From IMG/VR virus record IMGVR_UViG_3300050343_000135, positions 10,215 to 74,214 of that record: a stretch of DNA of 64,000 bases. The stretch is one strand, 5' to 3'. Below are positions 1 to 12,623 of this stretch, one piece after another (positions within the stretch are counted from its first letter, which is position 1; each line of letters starts with the position of its first letter). The translations under genes and the position numbers were made by a program. The notes under the pieces were generated by a model. The model saw nothing but the letters and a program-made list of their open reading frames with translations, was not told where the DNA came from and searched no databases. Source of the DNA: a virus.

Positions 1-2659
1 AACCCGATTCACCATTAATTGCAGTACTTGAAGACGCGGTTAAAACTCGATTATTCGCAAAGTTTGCAATTGCAGTAATACCTGCTTGTGCACCTGTAGC
101 TCCTTTTACACCTGTAGCTCCTTTAGCACCTGTACCACCCCCGGCTCCTGTAGCTCCTTTAGCTCCTGCAGTACCTGTAGCTCCTTTTGCTCCTGTAGTA
201 CCTGTAACTCCTACTTCTCCTTTTTGACCTTTTGCACCAGTAGGACCTGTATTTCCTGTTGTACCCGTTGTTCCGGTACTTCCTATCTCACCTTTTTGAC
301 CTTTTGAACCTGTACTGCCTCCAGCACCTGTAGCTCCTTTAGCTCCTGTTGGGCCTGTTAGACCTGTTGGACCTGTGAGGCCTGTTCCACCAGTAGCTCC
401 TTTTGAACCTGTTGCTCCTCCGCTACCTGTAGCTCCTTTTGGACCTGTTCCACCTGTAACTCCTATTTGACCTTTTTGTCCTTTTGCTCCTGTAACTCCA
501 ACTTCACCTTTTGCACCTGTTGGACCTGTTGGACCTGTTGGACCTGCTACTGTACTGTCTGCTCCTGTAGCTCCTTTAGCACCTCCGCCACCTGTTTGAC
601 CTTTCTGTCCTTTTGGACCTGTACCACCTGTACCACCTGTACCACCTGTTGGGCCTGTACTACCAACTTCACCTTTTGCACCTGTAGGACCCGTTGGACC
701 CGTTGGACCTGTACCTCCGGTAACTCCTTTAACGCCTACTTCTCCCTTAGCTCCTGTTGAACCTGTAGCTCCTTTTGCTCCTGTTGTACCTGTATTACCT
801 CCAGCACCTGTAGCACCTTTAGCACCAGTTGGACCTGCTACTGTACTATCTGCTCCTGTATTTCCTATCTCACCTTTTTGACCTTTTGGGCCTGTTCCTG
901 GGTTTACAAAACTTAAAGCTCCTGATCCGTCTGTTCCAAGTAGCTGATTTGCGCTTCCGTCTGTAGTTGGGAATGTGTATGCATCATTAAATGAAATTGC
1001 ACCACTAGTAGCAATTTTTAGTCTTACTGTACTATTTGATTTTAGACCGAATACGTGATTTGAGTCTGTACCTACATAACCAGCAGCAGATTGAGCTTGA
1101 AGATTAATTTTTGCACCACTAGCTCTTTCAACATCTATTTCGGTATTTCCTGTAGATTTTACGTGTAAATTATGAGTTGGAGAAGTTGTTCCAATACCAA
1201 CACCTCCTCCATCAGTTGCATGTTCAACAAATAATTTAATTCCACCCTGACTTAAAGAACCAGTAGCAATGCCAATTCCTTGATTACCCGTTCCAGGGTT
1301 ATGTCTAAATATTCCTTCTCCAGAACCTGCACTTCCTAATCTTAACCCGTCAAAAATAGCTGCAACTCCATCGACTTCTAATTTATTAGAAGGATCAGTT
1401 GCTCCGATTCCAACGTTACCATCATTTGTAAATCTTACTTTTTCTGAACCTTCAAAGAAAAATCCTAAATCTGAATCGTTTGTAGCTTGTCTTATGCCTG
1501 CTATATGAATATCTGCATCATTATTTCTAAAATGTATATGAGCTCGTGTATTTGCAGAAGCAGTACTATTCTCAAGTTTTAGTCCTGCACTTCCCCAAGC
1601 ACCGCTGTTTCCCCCTGAATATGCAGTATCTGTATCAGCAAATGCTATATGTAGCTTTTCAGTTGGTGAACTTGCTCCGATACCAACGTTACCATTATTT
1701 AAAATAGTCATATGGTTTACAAATGATCCTGACCCATTCCTAGTTTCAAAATTAAAAGCATTAGTAGTATCAGGAGTATCATCTTCAAATCTTATTCTTT
1801 GCCAATAACTTCCATCAAGACTTCCAATATAACCGTTGTTTATAAACTCTATATTACCTTCAACATGAAGTTTTTCAGTTGGCGAAGTTGTTCCGATACC
1901 TAAATTAGATCCATTGAATGTTAAGCCTGATTCGGCATTGATAGCTGTTCCGGAAGATGCAGTTAAAACTCTGTTATCTGCAAAATTAGCTATAGCTGTA
2001 ATTCCAGCTTGTTGACCTTTCTGTCCCTTAGAACCTGAAGCACCCGTAACTCCTACTTCGCCTTTGGCTCCTGTAGCTCCTTTAGCTCCTGCAGTACCTG
2101 TAGCTCCTTTTGCTCCCGCACCGCCTGTAGCACCTATTTCCCCTTTTTGACCTTTTGGACCTGTACCTCCAGTACCTCCAGTACCACCTGTTGGACCTGT
2201 AAGACCTACTTCACCTTTAGCTCCTGTTGGACCTGTTGGACCTGTTGGACCTGTTGGACCTGCTACTGTACTGTCTGCTCCTGTGGCTCCTGTAACTCCT
2301 TTAGCACCTGTAGCACCTTTTGAACCTGTACTACCTCCAGCACCTGTAGCTCCTTTAGCTCCTGCAGTACCTGTAGCTCCTTTTGCTCCTGCAGTACCTG
2401 TTGGACCTGTTGGACCTGTTGGACCTGCTACTGTACTTGCAGCACCTGTAGCTCCTTTTTGACCTGTAGCTCCGCCTGCTCCTGTGGAGCCTTTTGGACC
2501 TGTTTGACCTAATTCTACTATTGCTTCAGTTCCATCATCTTTCTTGATAAAAACTTTACCGTCGTAGGTATTGATAGCAACTTCACCGAGTGCTAAATCT
2601 GTTGTCTCAGGCGCGTTTCCTTGTTGCGCTGAGCGTTTTAATTTGATTGTTTGTGCCAT
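1..2659 (-). CDS. Collagen-like tail/virion fibre protein, running off the left edge of the window
   Basis: ATG at 2659 ([40 protein letters not shown]). Two long Gly-X-Y tracts (~2030-2510 and ~90-900) flank GIGTTSP/GIGASSP fibre repeats. Absent from the ORF track, presumably because no stop falls inside the window. Confidence 0.85.
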   Translation of the reverse strand, partial: MAQTIKLKRSAQQGNAPETTDLALGEVAINTYDGKVFIKKDDGTEAIVELGQTGPKGSTGAGGATGQKGATGAASTVAGPTGPTGPTGTAGAKGATGTAGAKGATGAGGSTGSKGATGAKGVTGATGADSTVAGPTGPTGPTGPTGAKGEVGLTGPTGGTGGTGGTGPKGQKGEIGATGGAGAKGATGTAGAKGATGAKGEVGVTGASGSKGQKGQQAGITAIANFADNRVLTASSGTAINAESGLTFNGSNLGIGTTSPTEKLHVEGNIEFINNGYIGSLDGSYWQRIRFEDDTPDTTNAFNFETRNGSGSFVNHMTILNNGNVGIGASSPTEKLHIAFADTDTAYSGGNSGAWGSAGLKLENSTASANTRAHIHFRNNDADIHIAGIRQATNDSDLGFFFEGSEKVRFTNDGNVGIGATDPSNKLEVDGVAAIFDGLRLGSAGSGEGIFRHNPGTGNQGIGIATGSLSQGGIKLFVEHATDGGGVGIGTTSPTHNLHVKSTGNTEIDVERASGAKINLQAQSAAGYVGTDSNHVFGLKSNSTVRLKIATSGAISFNDAYTFPTTDGSANQLLGTDGSGALSFVNPGTGPKGQKGEIGNTGADSTVAGPTGAKGATGAGGNTGTTGAKGATGSTGAKGEVGVKGVTGGTGPTGPTGPTGAKGEVGSTGPTGGTGGTGGTGPKGQKGQTGGGGAKGATGADSTVAGPTGPTGPTGAKGEVGVTGAKGQKGQIGVTGGTGPKGATGSGGATGSKGATGGTGLTGPTGLTGPTGAKGATGAGGSTGSKGQKGEIGSTGTTGTTGNTGPTGAKGQKGEVGVTGTTGAKGATGTAGAKGATGAGGGTGAKGATGVKGATGAQAGITAIANFANNRVLTASSSTAINGESG

Positions 2660-2704
2660 ATCTATGTAACCTTATTGTTGAGTATATACTCAGGTATTTA
2701 TTTA

Positions 2705-4639
2705 TTAACTAAATGTTCCGCCGTCTATTACACTTGTGTATGCTAATGTTCCACCTTGAACAGTTAATATTTGATCCGCTGTTCCAACTGGTAATCTATT
2801 ATAACCAGCATCATTTGTTGTGGCTCCTAGTATTAAATCTCCTTTTCTTGTTTGTGTAATTCCTTTAATATTTAAATCACCAGAAGCAAGAGCTAAAGTA
2901 ACATTGTCAATATCTGCTGATAGTGTGTTACCGGACTTAACTATACCGTTTCCTGCTGTTATTTGACCAGCTCCTGAGAATTGTGTGAATACTAGATCAG
3001 TATTTCCTAAATCAATAGCGCTATTAGTTGTTAAAACGTAACCTTGGTCGCCATTTGTTGAACCTTCTTCAATAAATATAAATAAACCAGAAGTAACTTT
3101 ATCATTTGCATTAGCATCTGTTGATCTTGCAGGTGTTCCACCTGAAGCTACTGCTACATAAATACCATTTTCACTTGCATCAGTCTGATTTTTGAGAAGA
3201 ACTCTGTCTCCTGCAGTTAGAGATACACCATCAATGGTATCACCGGCTTCTAGTCCTGAAGAACCTGCTGTAAGCACTACGTTAGCTGTAGAAGCTAAAT
3301 GTACTGAATCTTTTATATCTAGATTTTGTTTGATTGCATCAACATATTCTTTAGTTACTAAACTATTTGCGTTAAACTGTGATCTGTCTTTATAACCTGA
3401 TGGAACTCTTATAACCCCTGTACCATGTGGAGATAATACAATATTGTTATTACCTGAAGATGTGGATACTGTAGAGCCGTTAAGTGTTAAGTCGTCTACT
3501 CCTAAAGAGTTTAATCCTGTTAAATCTGTTGTTGTAGATCCATTAGTTAAAGTACTACCACCTAAAGTAATATTCTTAGTAGAGACTGCTCCAGCAGATA
3601 CTGAGAAGTTTGCTGTTGCAAATGATGCGACACCTTTTGCTGATGTACTTGCGTCTGTTACTGATATAGTAATTGCATTATCACTTACAGTTGTATTTAT
3701 AGGGTTTGTTCCATTGAAAGTTAAAGTTTCGCCAGTACTAATAGTATCATTTGTGCCACTATCTGCTGAAAGTGTTAATGTTGATACTACCGTAGCAAAT
3801 TCTAAATTACCACTACCATCTTGTCTTAAGAATTGACCATTTGAACCTGAGCCGTTTGTTGGGAACGCAAAACCGTCAAGAACAATTTGACCATTTCCAT
3901 TTGGAGTAATATTAATATTACCATTAGTATCTTCGGATGTTAGTGTATTGCCGTCTAATTTTAGATTATCTACAAATAGATCTGCATACTTATGTGAAGA
4001 AGTACCAAGACCAATACCAGCGTTTGTTGCTGGTCTTAATGAAGTAGTACTTAAATAAAGTTCATCTCCTCCACCTACTTTAAAGTCTATTCTATCATCT
4101 GTATCTGCAGTAATACTTGTATCACCGTCTGCGTCAAGTATTAGTTCTAAACCATTTATGTCTAGTTTTCTGCCTACTAGTATTTTTTCTACTGTATTGG
4201 TTGAATCAAAAGTTAAATAGGTATGCTCTGCTGTTGAGATTGTCATACCCGTAGCAGAATTATCTATAATTTTAAAATCTGTTGCTTGTGTATCAAGGTT
4301 TATTGTACCTGCATTAATATCTAAATGTGCTGCTGCAACAAGATCAATATTCCCACTACCTGCAGTAATAGAATTTCCACCTATTGTAAGATTTGCTGTT
4401 TTGAATTGATCAACTTTATTGCTTGAGTCTGTTGTTATTGCTGAACTTGCTGTTAGTGTTCCTAAAGCATGGTCAAGCATGTTAACATATAAGTCTCCAC
4501 CAATTGTTGTAACTGTACCATTTGAAGGTGCTCCAATAAATAATTTATTAGAACTTTCTGAATAAGCTAACTCACCAGCGGTTAACGAACCTGGTGCCGC
4601 GGTGCCTATACTTCTTTTAATTTTAATAGTTTGTGCCAT
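2705..4639 (-). CDS. Tail fibre-like structural protein
   Basis: 644 aa, Gly/Ser/Thr-rich. The N-terminus MAQTIKIKRS..LTAGELAY is shared with the neighbouring fibre. Contains the common phage fibre segment IDGVSLTAGDRVLLKNQTDASENGIYV and ends IDGGTF. Confidence 0.75.
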   Translation of the reverse strand: MAQTIKIKRSIGTAAPGSLTAGELAYSESSNKLFIGAPSNGTVTTIGGDLYVNMLDHALGTLTASSAITTDSSNKVDQFKTANLTIGGNSITAGSGNIDLVAAAHLDINAGTINLDTQATDFKIIDNSATGMTISTAEHTYLTFDSTNTVEKILVGRKLDINGLELILDADGDTSITADTDDRIDFKVGGGDELYLSTTSLRPATNAGIGLGTSSHKYADLFVDNLKLDGNTLTSEDTNGNINITPNGNGQIVLDGFAFPTNGSGSNGQFLRQDGSGNLEFATVVSTLTLSADSGTNDTISTGETLTFNGTNPINTTVSDNAITISVTDASTSAKGVASFATANFSVSAGAVSTKNITLGGSTLTNGSTTTDLTGLNSLGVDDLTLNGSTVSTSSGNNNIVLSPHGTGVIRVPSGYKDRSQFNANSLVTKEYVDAIKQNLDIKDSVHLASTANVVLTAGSSGLEAGDTIDGVSLTAGDRVLLKNQTDASENGIYVAVASGGTPARSTDANANDKVTSGLFIFIEEGSTNGDQGYVLTTNSAIDLGNTDLVFTQFSGAGQITAGNGIVKSGNTLSADIDNVTLALASGDLNIKGITQTRKGDLILGATTNDAGYNRLPVGTADQILTVQGGTLAYTSVIDGGTFS

Positions 4640-4660
4640 TTTGTTTTCCTATATTGAGAC

Positions 4661-5062
4661 TTAAAAGCCTCCTGCGTCTACCGTGTCTGAGTCTGATGAA
4701 TCGTTCCCAATCATTATTGGAACGAAACTATAAGTTCCCGAAGAAGTTTCTCGGTAGATCTTTAACTGATTATCATCAGTATCATAAAATAAATCACCTT
4801 CTTCTAAATTTGCATCTCCTGCTTCCGGAGGAGTTGTTGATACATAAAATTGATCTGCTAGTATTTGTAGTGCGTCTGCAATGTTACCTGAACCTGCTAA
4901 AGTACCTGTTCCTGAAAATGGAATAGTACTTGCTCCTGAAGCTACTGCAGAACTAATTTCTATTTGAGTTGTTTGTGGCTCTACATTAACTGTAATAGTA
5001 TCTTCATTTACTGTTAGAGCTACAACGTCTTGTGTAGCTTGAATTGTTGTGGCTTTACCCAT
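4661..5062 (-). CDS. Small fibre-associated structural protein
   Basis: EGDLFYDTDDNQLKIY motif, ends VDAGGF, lies between fibre genes. Confidence 0.6.
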   Translation of the reverse strand: MGKATTIQATQDVVALTVNEDTITVNVEPQTTQIEISSAVASGASTIPFSGTGTLAGSGNIADALQILADQFYVSTTPPEAGDANLEEGDLFYDTDDNQLKIYRETSSGTYSFVPIMIGNDSSDSDTVDAGGF

Positions 5063-5400
5063 TATCTTGTTACTTCTGGACTAACTATTGCAGTCCCTTG
5101 AAGTAATCTAGTTACTACTGAATCTCCAGATGTATGAATTTCTACATCATAGAAGTACTTGCTTGGAGTTATTCCCCCCGTTACCGCTGGAGTCAAGGAT
5201 ATATTTATTTTTCCTTGGGCTGCGTTTGTTACCTGACCTATAAAAGAAGCAGTTAACGTACTTGAAGTAACTGATGGTCGTAGTTGTCCTCTAACAGAAT
5301 AGTCTGAAAGGTCTTTTGCGCTCCCACTCTCTTGCACAGTTAAATCCAAGGCAAAACTAGAGCCTTTATCTATAACTATATCGTATTTACCTGCTGCCAT
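5062..5400 (-). CDS. Fibre-anchoring collar / BppU-N-like protein (position of T5 p132)
   Basis: YDIVIDKGSSF...DLSDYSVRGQLR...GKINISLT...YFYDVEI motifs; first gene after a late promoter. Confidence 0.6.
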   Translation of the reverse strand: MAAGKYDIVIDKGSSFALDLTVQESGSAKDLSDYSVRGQLRPSVTSSTLTASFIGQVTNAAQGKINISLTPAVTGGITPSKYFYDVEIHTSGDSVVTRLLQGTAIVSPEVTR

Positions 5401-5421
5401 TATTTCACTCCTATAGCATTA

Positions 5422-5450
5422 ATTATATCAAAATCTTGAGGTGAAGTCAA
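5422..5450 (-). promoter_or_regulatory. Sigma70-type late promoter for the fibre genes
   Basis: TTGACT-17 nt-TATAAT with an extended -10 TG, on the minus strand. Confidence 0.75.
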
Positions 5451-5487
5451 GCATTAAATTTCCGATGTGAATCATATACTGTATCGG

Positions 5488-5823
5488 TTATGCTTGAAGC
5501 TCGTCATCACCAAAAATTGTTAAGGTCATCAGAGCATCTAGACCGTCTTTTGCTGTTGTTCCGGATGCATAAATATTCTGTACCCAGTTTTGTATGTTTT
5601 CGTTTGTTACTTGTTTGGTAGGAATAAAATCACTAATATCCCCATTCATTCTTTGATTTACTTTAAAAGCTACCCATTGTTCAATAGTTGCTGTTTTTGT
5701 ATTATCTACAGTATCTATACCTGTGATTTCTACTCGAACATTGTCAATGACGTTAGTATTATTTACAATTCTAGCTCGTAGCTCTTTATGTGTATATGTA
5801 TATGTAAAGTTATGTATTGCCAT
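5488..5823 (-). CDS. Hypothetical protein, possibly a fibre assembly factor
   Basis: 111 aa ORF with an AGGAG RBS, downstream of the central fibre gene. Confidence 0.6.
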   Translation of the reverse strand: MAIHNFTYTYTHKELRARIVNNTNVIDNVRVEITGIDTVDNTKTATIEQWVAFKVNQRMNGDISDFIPTKQVTNENIQNWVQNIYASGTTAKDGLDALMTLTIFGDDELQA

Positions 5824-5834
5824 AATTATTCTCC

Positions 5835-8800
5835 TTAAGGAATATTGCCGTTTGGGGGCGTAGGCGGATTAAATGGTGGATTACTGCCTCCTGTTGTTGT
5901 TATTGTCCATGTATCTGATGTATCACTCACAGTAAATACATGATTTCTAGTTCCTCCACCTGTACTTGAAGCTACTCCTTGTAATTGTATTGTGTCCCCA
6001 TTGTTTACTGTTCTAGATGTGCCACTATGCGCTCCACCATTTACACTGAATGTTCCTAGAGATATACTTGCTGTTCCTGATACAAAAGCACTTCCTGATA
6101 ATGTTATAGTATTTGATGTCTGTGTACTACCTGCTGTTGCATTTGACACATCTGTAAACGTAAATGGAAGTGGAGTTGATACACCAAATTTAATAAATCT
6201 TCCTTCCACAAAATTCACTTGTCTAGCATTTCCATCTCCTTGCCCGAACATATATAAAGTTACTGTTCCTGTTCCATCATATCTAAATGCTAATGGAATA
6301 TTGCTTGTATCATCGGTTGATGTTAATCTTGATTCTGATACTAATCCAGGCAGTTTTTGTATAAGAGGAGTTTTATAAACTACACCTGCTGCACTTTCAC
6401 CTAACTCCGTAGTATCTGCTCCTCCAGTTGTTACTGTAGTATTTACAGTTCCATCACTGAATAAGAAATGAATAGTTTTTACTTGTCCTGTGCCACCTTT
6501 TGCTCTTACAAATCCTTGATAAAATCCTGGTCCTGTGCCTACTTCACATACTTCTGCATATCTTTTAGAGTCATTATTAAAATTACCAATAGTAGTTCCG
6601 CTAACTGTAGCTCCTGTTGTTGGTAATATTAAATCTTGCACTGCAATAGTATCTGCAGAAATAAGAGCATTTGTTCCTGTAAGTGGTGTAAGTGTTGGAT
6701 TAGAAGCTTCACTAGCTTGGTTCTGATGTGGTACACCAGTTGTAGCATCCCAATATACAGAGTTAACTTTTACTACACTTAATCCTGAGAAAGTTTTAAT
6801 TGCTGTAGTTCTTTCTGCATTTGTATCAACTGTAGTATCAAAACCAATTACTACATAAGGAGCATCTGCTCCCGGACTACCTGTAACACCTTTAATACCG
6901 GTTTGTCCAATATCACCTTTGTCTCCTGGAGCACCTGGGCCACCTGTAACACCTTTAGGTCCTTGAGGACCTTGTAGTCCTTTTGGCCCTGTAGCTCCTA
7001 GTCTCACCTTTGTCTCCTGTAGCACCTGGTCCGCCTGTAGCTCCTTTAGCTCCTCCGTCTCCTGGTCCACCTTTCTCTCCTGTAGCACCTGGTCCGCCTG
7101 TAGCTACCTTTAGCTCCTCCGGCTCCTGGTCCACCTTTCTCTCCGGGGGAACCTGGTACGCCTGTTTCACCTTTAGGGCCTCCCTCTCCTGGTCCGCCTT
7201 TATCCCCTGTAGCACCTGGTCCGCCTGTAGCACCTTTTGATCCTCCGGCTCCTGGTTGACCTTTGGCACCTGCAGCACCTGGTCCGCCTGTAGTACCTTT
7301 AGCTCCTCCTTCTCCTGGTCCGCCTTTCTCACCTATAACACCTGGTCCGCCTGTAGCACCTTTTGGTCCTCCGGCTCCTGTTTCACCTTTATCTCCTGTA
7401 GCTCCTGGTCCGCCTGTAGCACCTTTAGGTCCTGCCTGTCCTATAACACCTTTAGGGCCCGTAGCACCTGTTTCACCTTTAGCACCTGCAGCACCTGGGC
7501 CGCCTGTAGTACCTGGTTGACCTTTCGGTCCTGTTTCTCCCTTTTCCCCTTGTAAATACTCACTTACTGTCCATTCTGTTCTAGGAGATTGGTCAAATGC
7601 TGGAGTAACTGCGGAAGCGACAAAGTACCAATTTGATAAAGCTGCTGCTTCTGTATACCAATCTGTAACTGTTCCATCTTTTTGAGTTAATCTAAATAAA
7701 TTACTTATAGCACTAGAACCTCCGTCCATGTCTGGAGCTAATGGTTTACTTGTTGTAGTTACAGCAGCATTACTATTTAATACATCATTGTTTAGTCCAT
7801 CATAGTATATTAAAAAGACTTCATCTCCAGGCTCTCCTTTAACTCCGGTACCCCCTTGAATACCTACAAGTCCTTTAATTCCTTTAAGTCCTTTATCACC
7901 GGTAGCACCTGGTCCTCCTGTTGGCCCCGGTCCACCTACTTCACCTTTTGGTCCTGCGGCACCTGGTCCGCCTATAACACCTTTAGGTCCTACCTCACCT
8001 ACAGTACCTTTAGGACCGAAATCTCCTGTGAGTCCTTTAGGCCCTGCAGCACCTGCGTCACCTACGGATACCTTTAGGACCGAACTCTCCTGTAGCACCT
8101 TTAGCACCTGGAGCACCTGCGTCACCTACGGTACCTTTAGGACCGAAATCTCCCGTGAGTCCTTTTGGCCCTGTAGCACCTGCGTCACCTACGGCACCTT
8201 TAGGACCGAAATCTCCTGTGAGTCCTTTTGGCCCTGTAGCACCTGCGTCACCTACGATACCTTTAGGACCGAAATTTCCTTTGAGTCCTTTATCTCCGGG
8301 TCCGCCTTTGGCTCCTGTGTCCCCTACTATTCCTTGTGGCCCTGTAGCACCTTTAAGTCCTTTATCACCGGCAGCACCTGGTCCTCCTGTAACACCTTTA
8401 GAACCTACAGCACCTTTAGGCCCTGTTTCACCCGCGCCACCTTTAGCCCCTTTATCTCCGGTAGATCCACCCTCACCTTTCTGGCCTGTAACACCTGTGT
8501 CACCTTTTATTCCTATTCCGCCCTTAGGTCCGGATGGGCCTTGATCACCTTTCTCCCCTCCAGCAGATACGTATAATTCTTCTATACTATATGTACCACT
8601 AGCTAGTTTTATCTTAGCGAGTATTGCATCATTAGTAAAATCAGGTATAAAAGCTTGTACTTTTAAAGATGAACTAAAAGGTCTTTGTACTATTTGTTCC
8701 AAATATACTAAAGTATTAGATTCTATAGATCTTACTCTAGCAAACGATTCGTAAACTGAAAAAGTTAAAGTTGTACCACTTGCAATAGTTTGTTTATTTC

Positions 8801-11800
8801 CTAGAGTTAATGCAGTTCCATTAATGGCTTCTACATATGTAACTCCGCTGATACCTGTTCCTGTAACTGTTTGTCCTACAGAAATATTTGAATTTGTTCC
8901 AGAAAGTGTTACTGATTTACTTTCTGTGATTGCTCCACTAGTTGCTTGAGTGGTATTTGAGCCATTTGTTATCTGTATTAAATTACCTACACTTAATTCT
9001 GTAGTGAATGAAGTACCTGTACCATCTACTTGGTTAGAAAATCTTTCTATAATAATAGTTCCTGAAGTAGAAGATAATCCATTAGTAGATGTAGAGATAT
9101 CTGCAAAATAACTTACGGGAGGAACTGAATCTGTCTGATTAATAATTTTTAATGCTTTTAATTTATCAGCACTTTCACTAGAGTCAAAAAGCAAATAAGC
9201 TTCGGTTCCCATTCCACTGAAGTCTTGTTTATATGTAGCTTCAGTAGTAGACGTGTTTGTAAAAGTAACACCATTAGGGTTTGTAAAAGAATAATTGTTT
9301 GAACTAAATTCTAAAACTGATCCAGTTACTAGAAGATTTCTACTTGATGTTCCCCCTTGAGGTACTAATTCAGTTCTAGAAACACCTGGAGTGACAAGTT
9401 CTGATTCTGCTATTTCAATATCTCTCTTAATAAATTGAGACACAGATCCTATTGCTGTTCTTGTTCTTAGCCTTACATTGTAGACACCCGCAGAAATATT
9501 ATCAATTGTAAAACTTTGATTTACACTGTTGACAAGTTCTGTAGTTTCATCTCCATTAAAAGTATGTACGATTTCAAAGCCATTTGCAAACTTATATTTA
9601 CTTCCATCTGCATTTAAAGGGTAATCCCAGCTAAGAGTAGCTTTATTACCTGTAATAACTCCAGAAGTATCTGTAGATGACGTACTATCACTTGAGTCCA
9701 TAGGTTCTACTGTAATAACTAGGTTTTTAGGTGCGGGAACTACATCATCTGGATCCGCAGACTCTTTTGTTGGTCTAGTCTCCAATGCATACCCTCTTTC
9801 TATTTCTGTGAATTTTTCTCTGTGATATTCTGTTGCTACAATGCCAAACTTACCTTCATCCTCTTTTATTGCAACAATTTTATATTCTTTTATTGTTCCA
9901 ACTTTTTGAGTTCCATCTGTGTTGTATAACTTTAATGCCCATATTGTTTCAGTATCTGGAGCACTTGTAAAAGCAGAACTAACTGTTAAAGAAGATACAT
10001 TGCCTGCTGAAGTTGTAATTGTTTGAATTTCTGTTGTAAATTCTTCTGTCCACTCTAAGTTGGCCTCTTCATTTACTGCTGCAGTTGAGGAACTAATTGA
10101 AGTAACTAAATCTCCTTTTACGTAGTCTACTCCTCCAATAGTTGCAAAGTCATCTATAAGATACGCACCTCCTTTTGGGTACATTAAAACTAACTCAGGT
10201 GGAAAATCAGAAGTATACGCAGGTAAACTAATTGTTCTATCTAAAGGAATGACTGTTGTTGATCTTGTTCCTGTATTTGAAACTCTACCTGCATATGAAA
10301 CTCTGTCTCTATCTGCATCTTGAATAGCTATAACTTGTCCTGGGAGTAATCCTATTGCATTTTGACCTGTTTCAAAACTTACTGTTTCTTTTTCATTTTT
10401 CTCAGAGAGAAGTTTCCATTTACCCATTCTATGGGCTTGGCCTCTAGAGGTACACGCAAAAGCAAGAGACTCTGACCTTATAATTCTTCCTGTTTCTGCA
10501 ATACTTTCATAATCTTCTACATATTCAGTAGATTGTCTATAATTATCTTCTGGGTCATTCCATGTTACTTTTACTTGATTTGTTCTTACTCTATCGCCTG
10601 TTCCTTCATAAGTAAATTGACCATCAATAATATTAGCTTTTGAAAATAGTGCTACTGGTTGTTTTGGCTGGTCTGCTGTTGCTGTAAACTCTCCATTTGC
10701 CCAGAGACCCATTCCATGAAATACAGAAGCAAGTTGCTTTAATACATTAGTAGCTTCTCCAGCTTCTGAAAAGTAAATATTACAAGTGAATCTAGGCTCT
10801 GTGCCTCCATTTCCATCTGGAATTTCTTCATCACAATACTTAGCAAGTCTAAAAAGTTCATACTTATCTATATTGGTTTTATCTACAAATTGACCCATTC
10901 CATAACGATTATTTGTAAGCATATCATACATAATCCACACAGGATTATCACAGAATACTTTTCCGTGATTTATTGAAGCTTGGTTAAAAGTTTGTATATC
11001 TCCTCTAAAATTTCCATCCCAGTTTTGATATGAACTTTCTGTTGCTCCTGAAGTAATATTTCTTGTATATGCTGCTGCTCCACCTGTTTCTTCTCTAGTA
11101 CGGTAATTAGTAGGGACTTGTATTTTTACTCCCTTTAAAGCAAAAGCACGGGTAGGTACTGCACCCTCATAATCTTTTGCATTGAAAGAAGTAAAAGTGT
11201 ATGCAGTATGTGGATATGTAAGTTTATCTTTTATTATGCTTTCTACAGTTGTTAATGTACAAGAGTTGTTATGTTGAAAACTACCATCTTTAAAATTTAA
11301 ATCATTTATTCTTCTTATACGAATTCTAAAATCATCAAAAGGTTGAAACTCTTCAGTATTTATTACAAACTCTTCTACAAATGCTGCATACTGAGCTTTA
11401 GAAGGTTTAATATATCCATTATTTGGTAAATCTGACATACTTCTAGCAAAAATATGCAATCCTCTAGATCTTGTTAAAATATCATTATTACTTGGACCAA
11501 AAGCAAGTTCTGATGTATAGCTAGACCCTCCATCAGTAGAATACTCAAAGAATATTTGTAGCTCTACAAAAGAAGGTCCTTTTGCGCCAGAAGAGCTTTT
11601 TATTGCATGACATGAAGGTAAGTTAAAAGTTAAATGTACTTCATCTATTTCTGAAGGGTTTGATACCTCTAAGAATGCTGAAGTCATAAGAGTATCAGCA
11701 GAGGTTCCTTCAAGTTGAGAAGGTTCATCTAAGTCGTTATTATAGGCATTTACTAGGTTGCCTGTTGTATCTATATTTGCACGAAGATTGTTTTGTTCGA

Positions 11801-12623
11801 GTTCTATATTTGGACTAGCGATAATTGAAGCCTGTCCAAAAGAAGTGTTCATACTAATTGGTGGTTGGTTTAATGTTCCTGTATTTAATGCAAATTGTAA
11901 GTTTTCAATGTTAAATAGGTTTTTTAATCTATCATCTGTTGTAATAGCACCTGTTAATACCCCTGCTGCATTTGTTAAAGTAACTCCTGGAGCAACACTT
12001 AAAGTTGCATTATTACCAGAAACACTTGATACTTTAGATACATGGTCAGTAAATATGTCTACATTACTTACAGTAGTTGCAACTAAATCTTCTATAGTAA
12101 TTTCTGTTGCACTAACAAAAGTACCTACAGTTACTAAATCAGTTCCATTTGCTCCTGCTCCTGCTAGTGTTATATACCCTTTTATTGGTTTTGATCTTAA
12201 ATCGCCTAAAAGACTTGAAGTGAAAAAACTAGAAGATGTAGTTATTGTGTTGGAATCTTTAGTTGCACTTGCTATACCCGTTCCTTTTTTACCTGCTTTT
12301 TCAAGCAAAACATAACGAATACCTAAGCTTAATCCAGTTGCATTATTATTACTTAATGCACCTATAGTTCCAAACACAGAACTAGATATAGTTGTATTAT
12401 TTGCAGTAGTATTTAAAACAAGATTCCTGTTTTTTACAATTTCATTTGCAAGGGAGTCAATAATTGGAACATCATTTATGTATACAGAAGCAAATCCATC
12501 TGCTAATCCTTCAATCTCTCCTTCGGAAAGAATATCGTAAGCAGCTGCAATCTGTGTTTTATTTGGAGTTGATCTATCTCCTTGTGTTTTTGTCCCGAAG
12601 GGTTTACTAGTATATTTTGCCAT
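5835..12623 (-). CDS. Central tail fibre / baseplate hub (gpJ/TipJ-like) with a C-terminal collagen extension; probably one gene split by read indels
   Basis: TipJ motifs [16 protein letters not shown]...[26 protein letters not shown] and CTSRGQAHR, plus an FN3-like segment. The Gly-X-Y phase continues through ORFs 8058-12623, 7046-8125 and 5835-7088. Breaks at ~8068 and ~7107 are single extra bases inside otherwise identical repeat units. Confidence 0.8.
8005..8280. repeat. 54-nt tandem repeat (about 5 copies) encoding G(A/T/I)[19 protein letters not shown]
   Basis: CCTTTAGGACCGAAATCTCC...GCACCTGCGTCACCTACG recurs at ~54-nt spacing. Confidence 0.85.

Noticed and set aside
8005-8280. Regular repeats resembling a CRISPR array
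   Set aside because: The period is 54 nt (a codon multiple), the units encode Gly-X-Y, and there are no unique spacers or cas genes.
86-8576. Plus-strand Cys/Ser/Thr-rich and Pro-rich ORFs (e.g. 86-307, 467-760, 8028-8576)
   Set aside because: They are antisense shadows of the minus-strand collagen repeats.
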